From the IMG/VR virus record IMGVR_UViG_2693429605_000013: DNA of 42,167 nt. The stretch is one strand, 5' to 3'. Numbering within the stretch: position 1 is the first letter of the stretch; each line of letters starts with the position of its first letter. This stretch comes from a virus. Lineage: Duplodnaviria > Heunggongvirae > Uroviricota > Caudoviricetes. Under the pieces are notes generated by a model. That model worked only from the letters and a program-made list of their open reading frames with translations. It was not told the origin of the DNA and ran no database searches. The translations under genes were made by a program, and so were the position numbers. This document shows, piece after piece, positions 24,561 through 33,901 of the stretch.

Positions 24561-25019
24561 ATGCTTTCCGCGTTTACCGTTATTCTGCTGGTGGTCTGTG
24601 GTGCGCTTAGTCTGGGGCTGAATCATTACCGCGATAACGTCATCACCTACAAAGCGCAGCGCGATAAAAAAGCCAGAGAACTGGAGTTGGCAAACGCAAC
24701 CATTACTGATATGCAGGTGCGCCAGCGCGATGTTGCTGCGCTCGATGCAAAATACTCGAGGGAATTAGCCGATGCGAGAGCTGAAAATGAAACTCTGCGT
24801 GCTGATGTTGCCGCTGGTCGTAAGCGCCTGCGGATCAACGCCACCTGCTCCGGTACCGTGCGTGAAGCCACCGGCACCTCCGGCGTGGATAATGCAACCG
24901 GCCCCCGACTGGCAGACACCGCTGAACGGGATTATTTCATCCTCAGAGAACGGTTGATGACAATGCAGAAGCAGCTGGAAGGGGCACAGGACTATATCCG
25001 CACTCAGTGCCTGAACTAA
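24561..25019 (+). CDS. Rz: Rz-like inner-membrane spanin (i-spanin)
   Basis: 152-aa product with N-terminal TM segment (MLSAFTVILLVVCGALSLGL) and coiled-coil periplasmic domain. Start taken at ATG 24561 rather than the track's TTG at 24453. Confidence 0.75.
   Translation: MLSAFTVILLVVCGALSLGLNHYRDNVITYKAQRDKKARELELANATITDMQVRQRDVAALDAKYSRELADARAENETLRADVAAGRKRLRINATCSGTVREATGTSGVDNATGPRLADTAERDYFILRERLMTMQKQLEGAQDYIRTQCLN
24787..24957 (+). CDS. Rz1: Rz1-like outer-membrane lipoprotein spanin (o-spanin), embedded in Rz in the +1 frame
   Basis: Lipobox LVVSAC followed by a proline-rich mature region (…PPAPVPCVKPPAPPAW…); entirely within Rz, as in lambda Rz/Rz1. Confidence 0.7.
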   Translation: MKLCVLMLPLVVSACGSTPPAPVPCVKPPAPPAWIMQPAPDWQTPLNGIISSSENG

Positions 25020-25351
25020 GTTTTGCTGATGCGCCGTATCGTCGCTGTATTCCCTCATTAACAGAGACCGCAGCCCGACAGGGAGACTCCTCTGCGCGAG
25101 TGTGCGGGGAGAATCAAAAACGATACGCACCGGGGTTTACCGCGTTAACGGAGCGCGGCGTTGTCCCCTCATGGTCGCTGGTTCGGTGCGATGGTGGAAG
25201 AAACCGGACGATGTGTTACCTCGCAAGATCTGTTATGTCATGTGTCTGATTTGTGATTTAAGTCGGATAATTGTCGTTGCCATTAAGCAGAGGATTGATG
25301 GCCGACAGGGTGGCATTGTTAGAATAAGACTTATTCTTATCTGTGCCGGGA

Positions 25352-25684
25352 ATGAAAATGAAAAGAAATCTTCCGTTAATTATTTTGTTGTCTTCTCTGG
25401 TTATGGGCTGTACGCAACATAAAACAGATATGCCCCGACAGTTGGTTAAGGCATTACCACAATATCCGGCCTATGCAGCGGCAAATTATATAAAGGGACG
25501 GGTTGATGTGAAGTTTGATATTGGTGCTGATGGTACTGTCACCCGAATTGAGTTTATCCGTTCAGAGCCGCACCATCTGTTTGATGAGCAGGTTGTAAAG
25601 GCGATGGCAAAATGGCGATTTGAGAAGGACAGGCCGCGTAAAGGCGTGAAGAAAACGTTTATCTTTAGTCCTTCTGCACCCTGA
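25352..25684 (+). CDS. Lipoprotein with TonB-C-terminal-like domain
   Basis: Signal peptide with lipobox LVMGC, then a domain resembling the TonB C-terminal fold (…YPAYAAANYIKGRVDVKFDIGADGTVTRIEFIRSEP…). Start ambiguous (ATG 25352 or 25358). Confidence 0.55.
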   Translation: MKMKRNLPLIILLSSLVMGCTQHKTDMPRQLVKALPQYPAYAAANYIKGRVDVKFDIGADGTVTRIEFIRSEPHHLFDEQVVKAMAKWRFEKDRPRKGVKKTFIFSPSAP

Positions 25685-25815
25685 TTATTTCATCAGAAAT
25701 TAATTATCACTCTGTTGTTATTCTGTACATTCCGGCTGGGTAAGTCTTGTTCCGCCGGGTATGAAGATGAAATATTGTTGGAGGACAGTGGGTACCTGCT
25801 CCTGTAACCGAACGT

Positions 25816-26016
25816 TCATTTCTCGTTATTTGTCATGCTGGCCGGACGCAGATGCGTTGCATCTGTTGCCAGCCTTCTCCTGCAGGCTTCAATAACCCAC
25901 GCTGAAAAGTTACCGGAACCTTTATGTTCAAGGGCGATATTGATCTGTTCAATCATGTGATTGGGGAAACGGATATTGCGGGTTGTGGTTCTGCGGGTCC
26001 GGTTTTTCGATGACAT
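25816..26016 (-). CDS. YlcI-like small DNA-binding protein (DUF3950-type, ribbon-helix-helix-like)
   Basis: Product MSSKNRTRRTTTRNIRFPNHMIEQINIALEHKGSGNFSAWVIEACRRRL… closely resembles DLP12-prophage YlcI as recalled. ATG 26016 with AAGGAAA SD; the track ORF extends further upstream. Confidence 0.6.
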   Translation of the reverse strand: MSSKNRTRRTTTRNIRFPNHMIEQINIALEHKGSGNFSAWVIEACRRRLATDATHLRPASMTNNEK

Positions 26017-26057
26017 ATTTATTTCCTTTACTGATTGCCATATGACGGGGATTTTAC

Positions 26058-26423
26058 ATGGCTGAGCTTCGTACACTCCAGAGCAGAATCAAAACACTGA
26101 ATACCCGACGGGTGAATATTCTGAAGGGTGAACAGCGTCGTGTCAGTGGCAGTGCACGTGTTTCCCTCAAGCGTCATATCTGGCTCAGGGATGCCGGGCA
26201 GTGCTGTCTCTGTGGTCGTGTGGTTGACCTCTGTGACAGTGAACTCGATCACCGAATTGCACTTCAGTTCGGTGGTGGTAATGAGGAGACGAATCTCTGG
26301 ACGCTCTGTACCGAATGCCATCGACAAAAGTCTGCTCGTGAAGCGGCGGGTGGTATGCCGGACCCGACGCTGCCGGAGGTGTCCGGAGGTAGTGGCAGAG
26401 CGGACGACATCATCGGACTGTAA
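26058..26423 (+). CDS. HNH endonuclease (terminase-associated type)
   Basis: HNH/zinc-finger motif (…CCLCGRVVDLCDSELDHRIALQFGGGNEETNLWTLCTECHRQK…); located just upstream of cos and terminase. Confidence 0.8.
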   Translation: MAELRTLQSRIKTLNTRRVNILKGEQRRVSGSARVSLKRHIWLRDAGQCCLCGRVVDLCDSELDHRIALQFGGGNEETNLWTLCTECHRQKSAREAAGGMPDPTLPEVSGGSGRADDIIGL

Positions 26424-26519
26424 CCCGAGCGGGGGGGTATCATCCGGCGTAAAAAACGATCGCTCCGGACACCGCGCCCCCTCTCACGCAGAGAAAAAAT
26501 TCCCGTTTCAGGGCAGTTA

Positions 26520-26655
26520 ACATGTTAACTGGCTGTCCGGGCATTTTTGCGGTTTTTATCTTTATTATTCAGTTTGTTGTGCGGAAAAAATGTTAACTGG
26601 CTTTTTCAGCAAATGTTAACCAGGCAGCAGTTAACATTTGCGGCATGAGACGCCG
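26520..26655. repeat. Putative cos/terminase recognition region: four copies of AATGTTAAC-like elements in direct and inverted orientation
   Basis: CATGTTAACTGGC (26521), AATGTTAACTGGC (26589), AAATGTTAACCAGG (26621) and inverted CAGTTAACATTTG (26638), between the HNH gene and the terminase small subunit. Confidence 0.45.
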
Positions 26656-26711
26656 GGAAAAATGGGCTGAACCATACCCGGCTGAGTGCGTTCTGGACCC
26701 GGGAGGAGGCT

Positions 26712-27275
26712 GTGCTGACAACGCAAAAACGAAAATTTGCGCTGGCGCTCATGTCCGGGAAAAACAAAACAGCGTCAGCCATTGCCGCTGGTTATTCGGC
26801 GAAGACCGCCAGGGTTAAAGGCTCGCAGCTGGCAAAAGATCCGGAGGTGCTTGCGTTTATAGCCCGTAAACAATGCGAGACGGTGGAGGTGGATGAGGTT
26901 CCTGTTTACCGGCAGAAAAAATCAGAGCAGGAGGATAAACCCCGTCGCCGTGAGGCGGCTGCAATACCACAGCCGGACGAAAACAATCCGGAGATGCCAC
27001 CGTCCGCGGTGATGTCTCCTGGTATTGAATATATGGAGGATGGTCTTCCCGATCCGGTGAAAGCGATGGGGCGTCTTCTGGTGGAGAACATTAATACAGA
27101 CCCCAGGCTGGCGCTGGATGCGGCTTATAAGCTGGCGCAGTTCACGCACCATAAAAAAGGGGATGCCGGTAAAAAATCGGCAAAAGGTGACGCGGCGAAA
27201 AAAGCGGCTAACCGTTTTGCGGTGCCACCACCACCCCGCCTGGTGGTGAATAATGATAATGAGGGCAACGGATGA
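26712..27275 (+). CDS. Terminase small subunit
   Basis: N-terminal region fits the small-terminase HTH pattern (…KRKFALALMSGKNKTASAIAAGYSAKTA…); directly precedes and overlaps TerL (ATGA). GTG start after GGAGG. Confidence 0.7.
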   Translation: MLTTQKRKFALALMSGKNKTASAIAAGYSAKTARVKGSQLAKDPEVLAFIARKQCETVEVDEVPVYRQKKSEQEDKPRRREAAAIPQPDENNPEMPPSAVMSPGIEYMEDGLPDPVKAMGRLLVENINTDPRLALDAAYKLAQFTHHKKGDAGKKSAKGDAAKKAANRFAVPPPPRLVVNNDNEGNG

Positions 27276-28933
27276 TACCTGTGTGGAGCACGGCCTGCCC
27301 GGACTGGGCAGAGCGCCTGAAAAAGGGGCTGTCGATTATTCCGGCTCCGATTTATCCGGACCAGGCTGCACATGCACTGGCGATTTTTAAACAACTGCGA
27401 ATTGTGGATGCACCGGGTAGCCCGACATTCGGGGAGTCCTGTGCACCGTGGGTGTTTGACCTGGTGGCGGCCCTGTTTGGCTCCTACGATGCGCAGACCG
27501 GTGTTCGCCATATCAAGGAAGTGTTTATCCTTATCCCCAAGAAAAACAGTAAGTCCACGCTGGCTGCGGGGATCATGATGACGGCGCTGTTACTGAACTG
27601 GCGGCAGGCGGCGGGCTACACCATTCTGGCCCCGACCGTGGAGGTGGCGGCTAACGCCTTCAACCCTGCCAGGGATATGGTACGACGGGACGATGATCTG
27701 GATGACCTCTGTCAGGTGCAGACACATATCCGGACCATCACCCATCGGGTGACGGACACCACCCTGAAGGTGGTGGCAGCCGATCCGAATACGGTGTCCG
27801 GTATCAAGTCCGTGGGGACACTGATTGATGAACTGTGGCTGTTTGGCAAGCAGTACAAGGCGGAAGACATGCTACGTGAAGCCATCGGCGGGCTTGCCTC
27901 CCGTCCGGAAGGGTTTGTGGTGTATACGACCACCCAGTCGAATGAACCGCCCGCCGGGGTGTTCAGACAGAAACTGCAGTATGCCCGGGATGTCCGTGAC
28001 GGCAAAATTCATGATCCGCACTTTCTGCCGGTGATTTTTGAGCATCCTCCTGAAATGGTGGAAAGCGGGGCTCACCTGCTGATGGAAAACCTCGCCATGG
28101 TTAACCCGAATCTCGGTTATTCGGTGGATGAGGCTTTTCTGTACCGGGAGTATCGTAAAGCCCGGGAGGCTGGTGAGGAAGCATTTCGTGGCTTCATGTC
28201 AAAACATGCCAATGTGGAAATTGGTCTTGCCCTGCGTTCTGACCGCTGGGCGGGTGCGGATTTCTGGGAGCAGCAGGGCAGGCGCGTCAGCCTGGACGAT
28301 ATCCTGCAGCGCGCTGATGTGGTGACGGTGGGGATTGACGGCGGGGGCCTGGATGATCTGCTGGGAATGTACGTGATTGGCCGTGACAGGGAAACCCGCG
28401 AATGGCTGGGCTGGGGCCATGCCTGGGCGCATGAAACCGCGGTGGTCAGACGGAAGAGTGAGGCATCCCGTTTTCAGGATTTTGTGGCCTGTGGAGACAT
28501 GACGATTGTCCGTCGGGTCGGGGATGACACGGCGGAAGTGGCGGAGTATGTGCGTCGTATTCATGAGGCTGAGTTACTGGAGCATATCGGTATTGACCCG
28601 TCAGGTGTGGGGCAGATTCTGGATTCACTGGCGGAAGCCGGGATCCCCGACGGAATTGTTGTGGGGATAAGCCAGGGCTGGAAGCTGGGCGGGGCCATAA
28701 AAACCACCGAGCGCAAACTGGCTGAGGGAGTACTGGTGCATGGTGGTCAGCCACTGATGGCCTGGTGCGTTGGCAATGCCCGGGTGGAGCCTAAAGGTAA
28801 CGCCATTCTTATCACCAAACAGGCCAGCGGACGGGGAAAAATTGACCCGCTGATGGCGCTCTTCAATGCGGTGTCCCTGATGTCCCTGAATCCGGAACCG
28901 AAAAAGAAAGCGTATGAGGTTTTTTTCATATAA
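27272..28933 (+). CDS. Terminase large subunit
   Basis: 553-aa ORF with ATPase and nuclease-like regions; canonical position after TerS. Confidence 0.9.
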   Translation: MIPVWSTACPDWAERLKKGLSIIPAPIYPDQAAHALAIFKQLRIVDAPGSPTFGESCAPWVFDLVAALFGSYDAQTGVRHIKEVFILIPKKNSKSTLAAGIMMTALLLNWRQAAGYTILAPTVEVAANAFNPARDMVRRDDDLDDLCQVQTHIRTITHRVTDTTLKVVAADPNTVSGIKSVGTLIDELWLFGKQYKAEDMLREAIGGLASRPEGFVVYTTTQSNEPPAGVFRQKLQYARDVRDGKIHDPHFLPVIFEHPPEMVESGAHLLMENLAMVNPNLGYSVDEAFLYREYRKAREAGEEAFRGFMSKHANVEIGLALRSDRWAGADFWEQQGRRVSLDDILQRADVVTVGIDGGGLDDLLGMYVIGRDRETREWLGWGHAWAHETAVVRRKSEASRFQDFVACGDMTIVRRVGDDTAEVAEYVRRIHEAELLEHIGIDPSGVGQILDSLAEAGIPDGIVVGISQGWKLGGAIKTTERKLAEGVLVHGGQPLMAWCVGNARVEPKGNAILITKQASGRGKIDPLMALFNAVSLMSLNPEPKKKAYEVFFI

Positions 28934-28996
28934 CCCTGCTCACCCTGTAACCATCATGAACCGCTGCGGCGGTTTTTTTATTTTCAGGAGGCTGAT

Positions 28997-30934
28997 GTGA
29001 CTCTTAAACGGGCCTGTTCCCTGCTGACGGTGAAATCCTTCAGCGAGGATGAACGGGTGATCACCGGGATTGCGTCAACGCCTTCTCCGGATCGGGATGG
29101 TGACATCCTGGAGCCGGAGGGGGCGGAGTTTGGCAGTACGATCCCGTTTCTCTGGCAGCATGACCATTCCCGCCCTGTAGGCCAGTGTACGGTGCGTCGG
29201 GTCAGGGAAGGGCTGGAAATCACGGCAATGCTGGTGAAGCCGGAGCCGGGGATGCCCTCCCAGATGGCAGCCCGGCTGGATGAGGCCTGGGCTGCCATTA
29301 AGACCGGGCTGGTCAGGGGGCTTTCTGTGGGCTTCCGGCCCCATGAATACACTTATCTGGACGGAGGCGGACTGCATTTTCTGCGCTGGGAGCTGATGGA
29401 GGTGTCTGCCGTCACCGTGCCCGCGAATGCGGAATGCACCATCCGGACCATTAAATATTTCGACCGCCCGTTTTCTGCCGCGTCCGGCAACCGGAAACCG
29501 GTGGTGAAAATCGCATCTTCTGCCGGCGCTTCGGCACAGTCAATAACCTCTTTTCATAAGGAAAAGTCAGCAATGAATACTGGTGAACAGATTAAAAGTT
29601 TTGAAAACAAGCGTGCGGCGCTGGCAGCCTCCCTTGAGGAGATCATGAACAAAGCCGCAGAGGAAGGCCGCACACTGGATGTGGAAGAGGAAGAGCACTA
29701 CGACAACACCGCAGCGGAAATCCGTCAGGTGGATGCGCACCTGAAGCGTCTGCGTGAACTGGAAACCAGTAAGGCCGCCACGGCACAGCCGGTGAAACAG
29801 GCCGGTAACGGGAATGTGGCCACGGTGGCTTCAGCGCCGGTGATCCGTGTTGAGCAGAAACTGGAGAAGGGGATTGGTTTCGCCCGCTTTGCCAAATCAC
29901 TGGCCGCGGCTAAAGGTGTCCGCTCTGAAGCCCTGGAAGTGGCCCGTCGTCAGTATCCGGATGACAGCCGTCTGCATCATGTCCTGAAATCGGCGGTGGG
30001 GGCAGGGACCACCACGGACCCGCAGTGGGCAGGCAGCCTGTCTGAATACCAGGAATATGCGCAGGACTTTATTGATTACCTGCGTCCGCAGACCATTATC
30101 GGGCGATTTGGTCAGGGCGGGATCCCTGCACTTCGTCAGGTGCCGTTCAATATCCGCGTGCATGCCCAGGTGTCCGGTGGTGCTGCCGGCTGGGTGGGGG
30201 AGGGTAAGGCCAGACCCCTGACGAAGTTTGATTTTGAATCCATCACCTTCAGTCATGCGAAGGTGTCGGCCATTGCGGTACTGACGGAAGAGCTGATCCG
30301 TTTTTCCAGCCCGGCAGCTGATGCGCTGGTCCGTAATGCGCTGGCAGAAGCGGTGGTGGCGCGTCTGGACACAGACTTTGTGGACCCGAAAAAAGCGGCG
30401 GTGGCGGATGTCTCCCCGGCGTCCATCACCCATGATGTGAAGGGCACGGCATCAACCGGTAACCCGGATGCGGATGCCGAGGCCGCGTTTGGCCAGTTTG
30501 TGACGGCAAATCTGCAGCCCACCGGTGCGGTCTGGCTGATGTCCAGCACGAATGCCCTGGCGCTGTCCATGCGTAAAAATGCGCTGGGGCAGAAGGAATA
30601 TCCGGACATGACCTTGCTGGGCGGGACCTTCCAGGGGCTTCCGGTGATTGTCTCCCAGTATGTGGGTGACCAGCTGGTACTGGTGAATGCACCGGATATT
30701 TATCTGGCTGATGACGGCGGTGTGGCGGTGGATATGTCCCGTGAAGCGTCACTGGAGATGCAGTCTGAACCGACCAGCGACAGCAGCACACCGTCACCGG
30801 TGGAACTGGTCTCCATGTTTCAGACCGGCAGCGTGGCCATCCGTGCGGAGCGCTGGATCAACTGGCGTCGTCGCCGTACCGCGGCAGTGGCGGTGATCAC
30901 CGGTGTGAACTACGGAACTGCGTCCGGTGGCTGA
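28997..30934 (+). CDS. Fused HK97-family prohead protease / major capsid protein
   Basis: N-terminal ~180 aa resemble a prohead protease (…ITGIASTPSPDRDGDILEP…) and the C-terminal ~400 aa an HK97-fold major capsid protein. GTG start 5 nt after AGGAGG. Confidence 0.75.
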   Translation: MTLKRACSLLTVKSFSEDERVITGIASTPSPDRDGDILEPEGAEFGSTIPFLWQHDHSRPVGQCTVRRVREGLEITAMLVKPEPGMPSQMAARLDEAWAAIKTGLVRGLSVGFRPHEYTYLDGGGLHFLRWELMEVSAVTVPANAECTIRTIKYFDRPFSAASGNRKPVVKIASSAGASAQSITSFHKEKSAMNTGEQIKSFENKRAALAASLEEIMNKAAEEGRTLDVEEEEHYDNTAAEIRQVDAHLKRLRELETSKAATAQPVKQAGNGNVATVASAPVIRVEQKLEKGIGFARFAKSLAAAKGVRSEALEVARRQYPDDSRLHHVLKSAVGAGTTTDPQWAGSLSEYQEYAQDFIDYLRPQTIIGRFGQGGIPALRQVPFNIRVHAQVSGGAAGWVGEGKARPLTKFDFESITFSHAKVSAIAVLTEELIRFSSPAADALVRNALAEAVVARLDTDFVDPKKAAVADVSPASITHDVKGTASTGNPDADAEAAFGQFVTANLQPTGAVWLMSSTNALALSMRKNALGQKEYPDMTLLGGTFQGLPVIVSQYVGDQLVLVNAPDIYLADDGGVAVDMSREASLEMQSEPTSDSSTPSPVELVSMFQTGSVAIRAERWINWRRRRTAAVAVITGVNYGTASGG

Positions 30935-31145
30935 GTCTGATGAGGAGGGCGGGAGGCGCGAGCTTCCCGCAGTAACAGATGGCAAAAATCCAGTATCTGC
31001 AGGGCACGCATGATGCCCGGGCCGGGGATATCCGTGATGTGGCACAGCCGTGTGCGGAGGTGCTGGTTCGCCTGGGGAAGGCGGAGTACATCACAGCGCG
31101 ACGTCCGGCAGGTCAGAAAAAGACACGTGATGCGGAGCATGGCGA

Positions 31146-32510
31146 ATGTGGAACCTTTTGCGGCGAACCCGAAAAAACCAGAAATCAGGACGTGACGTAA
31201 GAGAAGTGGGCTGGCGGTCCCTGTTTCAGGCGGTGGCTGAGCCTTTTGCCGGTGCCTGGCAGCAGGGTGTGAAAGCCGATCCGGAAACCGTTTTGTCCTT
31301 TCACGCGGTGTTTTCTTGCATTTCGCTGATATCCCAGGATATCGCCAAAATGCGACTGCGCCTGATGCAGACCGATACACAGGGGATCCGCCGTGAAAAA
31401 CGGCAGGGGGATATTGCCCGTCTCTGTCGTCGTCCCAATGCACAGCAGAATCGTATCCAGTTTTTTGAACTGTGGCTGAACGCCAAACTGCGTCACGGCA
31501 ATACGGTGGTGCTGAAAATCCGTAACTCCCGGGGGCAGATCAAAGAACTGCGTATTCTGGACTGGAACCGGGTTGAACCTCTGGTGGCGGATGACGGCGA
31601 GGTGTTCTATCGCATCACGCCGGACCGGAACTGCGGGATCACGGAGGCGGTGACGGTGCCTGCCCGGGAAGTGATCCACGACCGGTTTAACTGTTTTTTT
31701 CATCCGCTTGTGGGGCTGCCGCCGGTGTATGCCGCCGGGCTGGCGGCCATGCAGGGGCATCATATTCAGGCAAATTCGACGTATTTTTTCAGAAATGGCG
31801 GCAGGCCGTCCGGGGTGATTGAGGTCCCCGGCAGTATTACGGAAGAAAACGCGAAAAAACTGAAGGGGAACTGGGACAGCGGATATACGGGCGAAAATGC
31901 CGGGAAGACGGCCATACTGAGCAACGGGGCAAAATACAGCCCCACGACGTTTTCACCGGTGGATGCGCAGACGGTGGAACAACTGAAAATGACGGCTGAA
32001 ATTGTCTGTTCGGTGTTCCGTGTCCCGGCCTACAAGATTGGCGTTGGCCACCCGCCTTCCAGTGACAACGTGGAGGCGCTGGAGCAGCAGTATTATTCCC
32101 AGTGTCTGCAGACGCTGATTGAGTCCATTGAGCTGTTACTGGATGAGGCGCTGGAAACGGGGGAAAACGAGAGCACGGAGTTTGACGTCACCACGCTGCT
32201 GAGAATGGACAGCGAACGGCGCATGAAAACACTGGGGGATGCGGTGAAAAATACGCTTCTCACGCCCAATGAGGCCCGTAAACGTGAGAACCTGCCGCCC
32301 CTTGCCGGCGGTGATGCACTGTATCTTCAGCAGCAGAACTACAGTCTGGAGGCGCTGTCCCGTCGTGATGCCCGTGAGGACCCGTTCGCGTCGGCCGGGA
32401 AAACAGTTTCAGCACAACTGCCTGACGGCGCATCTGACGGTAATAAGGCAATCAGTGAAACAGAGCATGATGCAGTGAAAGCGATGTTCAGGGGGATACT
32501 GAGAAAATGA
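31146..32510 (+). CDS. Portal protein (HK97 family)
   Basis: 454-aa ORF with conserved portal core (…FFRNGGRPSGVIEVPGSITEENAKKLKGNWDSGYTGENAGKTAILSNGAKY…). Confidence 0.8.
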   Translation: MWNLLRRTRKNQKSGRDVREVGWRSLFQAVAEPFAGAWQQGVKADPETVLSFHAVFSCISLISQDIAKMRLRLMQTDTQGIRREKRQGDIARLCRRPNAQQNRIQFFELWLNAKLRHGNTVVLKIRNSRGQIKELRILDWNRVEPLVADDGEVFYRITPDRNCGITEAVTVPAREVIHDRFNCFFHPLVGLPPVYAAGLAAMQGHHIQANSTYFFRNGGRPSGVIEVPGSITEENAKKLKGNWDSGYTGENAGKTAILSNGAKYSPTTFSPVDAQTVEQLKMTAEIVCSVFRVPAYKIGVGHPPSSDNVEALEQQYYSQCLQTLIESIELLLDEALETGENESTEFDVTTLLRMDSERRMKTLGDAVKNTLLTPNEARKRENLPPLAGGDALYLQQQNYSLEALSRRDAREDPFASAGKTVSAQLPDGASDGNKAISETEHDAVKAMFRGILRK

Positions 32511-33568
32511 CGGAACGGGAACTGTCCATTATTCGTGCACTGGGCGAAGAATTCGCCACGGTGCTGGCGGATTTACAGCGCACATTTGAGGGGAAGATGG
32601 CCGCGCAGGCACAAGCGTTTGAAGAGAAACTGGCTTCCCTGTCGGCGGTATTACAGAAGCATGTGACGGTGGATGAGGTACATCCGGTTCTGCAGGCGAT
32701 GGTGGATGACGCTGTGGGGACCATTCCGGTACCGCGTGATGGTCGTGATTATGATCCGGATGTACTGCAGCAGGCGGTGAATGATGCGGTTGCGAATATT
32801 CCGGTACCGGCGGACGGCAAAAGTATCACCCCCGATGATGTGCGTCCGATGCTTGAGCAGATGGTGAAAGAGGCTGTAAGCCATATCCCTGCTCCGCGTG
32901 ACGGTCGTGATTATGATCCGGAAGTACTGAAGCAGGCGGTGAATGATGCGGTTGCGAATATTCCGGTACCGGCGGACGGCAAAAGTATCACCCCCGATGA
33001 TGTGCGTCCGATGCTTGAGCAGATGGTGAAAGAGGCCGTAAGCCATATCCCTGCTCCGCGTGATGGTCGTGATTACGATCCGGAAGTACTGAAGCAGGCG
33101 GTTCTGGAGGCGGTGAATGCCCTTCCGGCTCCGCAGGACGGGCGTGATGCCACGGCACTGGAGGTGCTCCCCGCTATTGACGATCAAAAATCCTTTCCCC
33201 GGGGCACGTATGCCACACACCTGGGTGGACTCTGGCGGGCGTATGAAAAAACGCACGGGATGCGGGGATGGGAATGCCTGGTTGACGGGGTGGCGGATAT
33301 CGACGTCAGCATGACGGATGAGCGGTTGTTCTCTGTGGTGATCCGGCAGAGCAGTGGCCAGTGTACGGAAAAAACATTTTCCCTGCCGGTGATGCTCTAC
33401 CGCGGTGTGTTCAGAGCCGGTGAAACCTACCACCCCGGCGATACGGTGACGTGGGGGGGCTCGCTGTGGCACTGCAACAGTATGACCGGTGATAAACCCG
33501 GAGAAGCTCATTCATCAGGCTGGACCCTGGCTGCAAAACGTGGACGGGATGCAGGAGGCGGAAAATGA
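32507..33568 (+). CDS. Phage head-module protein with internal ~50-aa tandem repeats
   Basis: ATG overlaps the portal stop (ATGA). Contains 2.3 copies of a 150-bp repeat encoding PRDGRDYDP(D/E)VL(Q/K)QAVNDAVANIPVPADGKSITPDDVRPMLEQMVKEAVSHIPA. Confidence 0.6.
   Translation: MTERELSIIRALGEEFATVLADLQRTFEGKMAAQAQAFEEKLASLSAVLQKHVTVDEVHPVLQAMVDDAVGTIPVPRDGRDYDPDVLQQAVNDAVANIPVPADGKSITPDDVRPMLEQMVKEAVSHIPAPRDGRDYDPEVLKQAVNDAVANIPVPADGKSITPDDVRPMLEQMVKEAVSHIPAPRDGRDYDPEVLKQAVLEAVNALPAPQDGRDATALEVLPAIDDQKSFPRGTYATHLGGLWRAYEKTHGMRGWECLVDGVADIDVSMTDERLFSVVIRQSSGQCTEKTFSLPVMLYRGVFRAGETYHPGDTVTWGGSLWHCNSMTGDKPGEAHSSGWTLAAKRGRDAGGGK
32736..33090 (+). repeat. In-frame tandem repeat, 150-bp unit, about 2.3 copies
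   Basis: Copies start at about 32736, 32886 and 33036 and are nearly identical with a few substitutions. Confidence 0.8.
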
Positions 33569-33891
33569 CGGCATTACTGACACTGGAAGAGATCAAGGCA
33601 CATCTGCGTGTTGACCATGACGCGGATGATGACATGCTGATGGACAAGGTTCGTCAGGCTACCGCCGTGCTGCTGGCCTACATTCAGGGTAGCCGGGATA
33701 AAGTGATTCGTGAGGACGGTGAGCTGATCCCGGGCGAGGCATTAACCCGGATGAAGGGGGCTGCCATGCGACTGACCGGGATGCTGTACCGGAATCCGGA
33801 TCTTGCTGAGCGGGAAGACCTCGTGCAGGGGGAACTGCCGTTTTCTGTGTCCGTGCTGATTTACGATTTGCGTTGTCCGACGGTGTTATGA
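33565..33891 (+). CDS. Head-tail connector protein (gp6-like)
   Basis: N-terminal …LTLEEIKAHLRVDHDADDDML… is typical of the gp6-like connector family; ATG overlaps the upstream stop. Confidence 0.7.
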   Translation: MTALLTLEEIKAHLRVDHDADDDMLMDKVRQATAVLLAYIQGSRDKVIREDGELIPGEALTRMKGAAMRLTGMLYRNPDLAEREDLVQGELPFSVSVLIYDLRCPTVL

Positions 33892-33901
33892 GGAGGGAGG
33901 A

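Noticed and set aside
30979-31200. 73-aa ORF between the capsid and portal genes
   Set aside because: Weak SD and a 55-nt overlap with the portal start; could be a small head protein but evidence is insufficient.
29075-33647. Numerous minus-strand ORFs across terminase, capsid, portal and repeat-protein genes (e.g. 29897-30433, 30910-31443, 31185-31763, 32651-33511)
   Set aside because: Antisense to a continuous block of translationally coupled structural genes; translations are Arg/His/Pro-rich as expected for antisense of GC-rich coding DNA.
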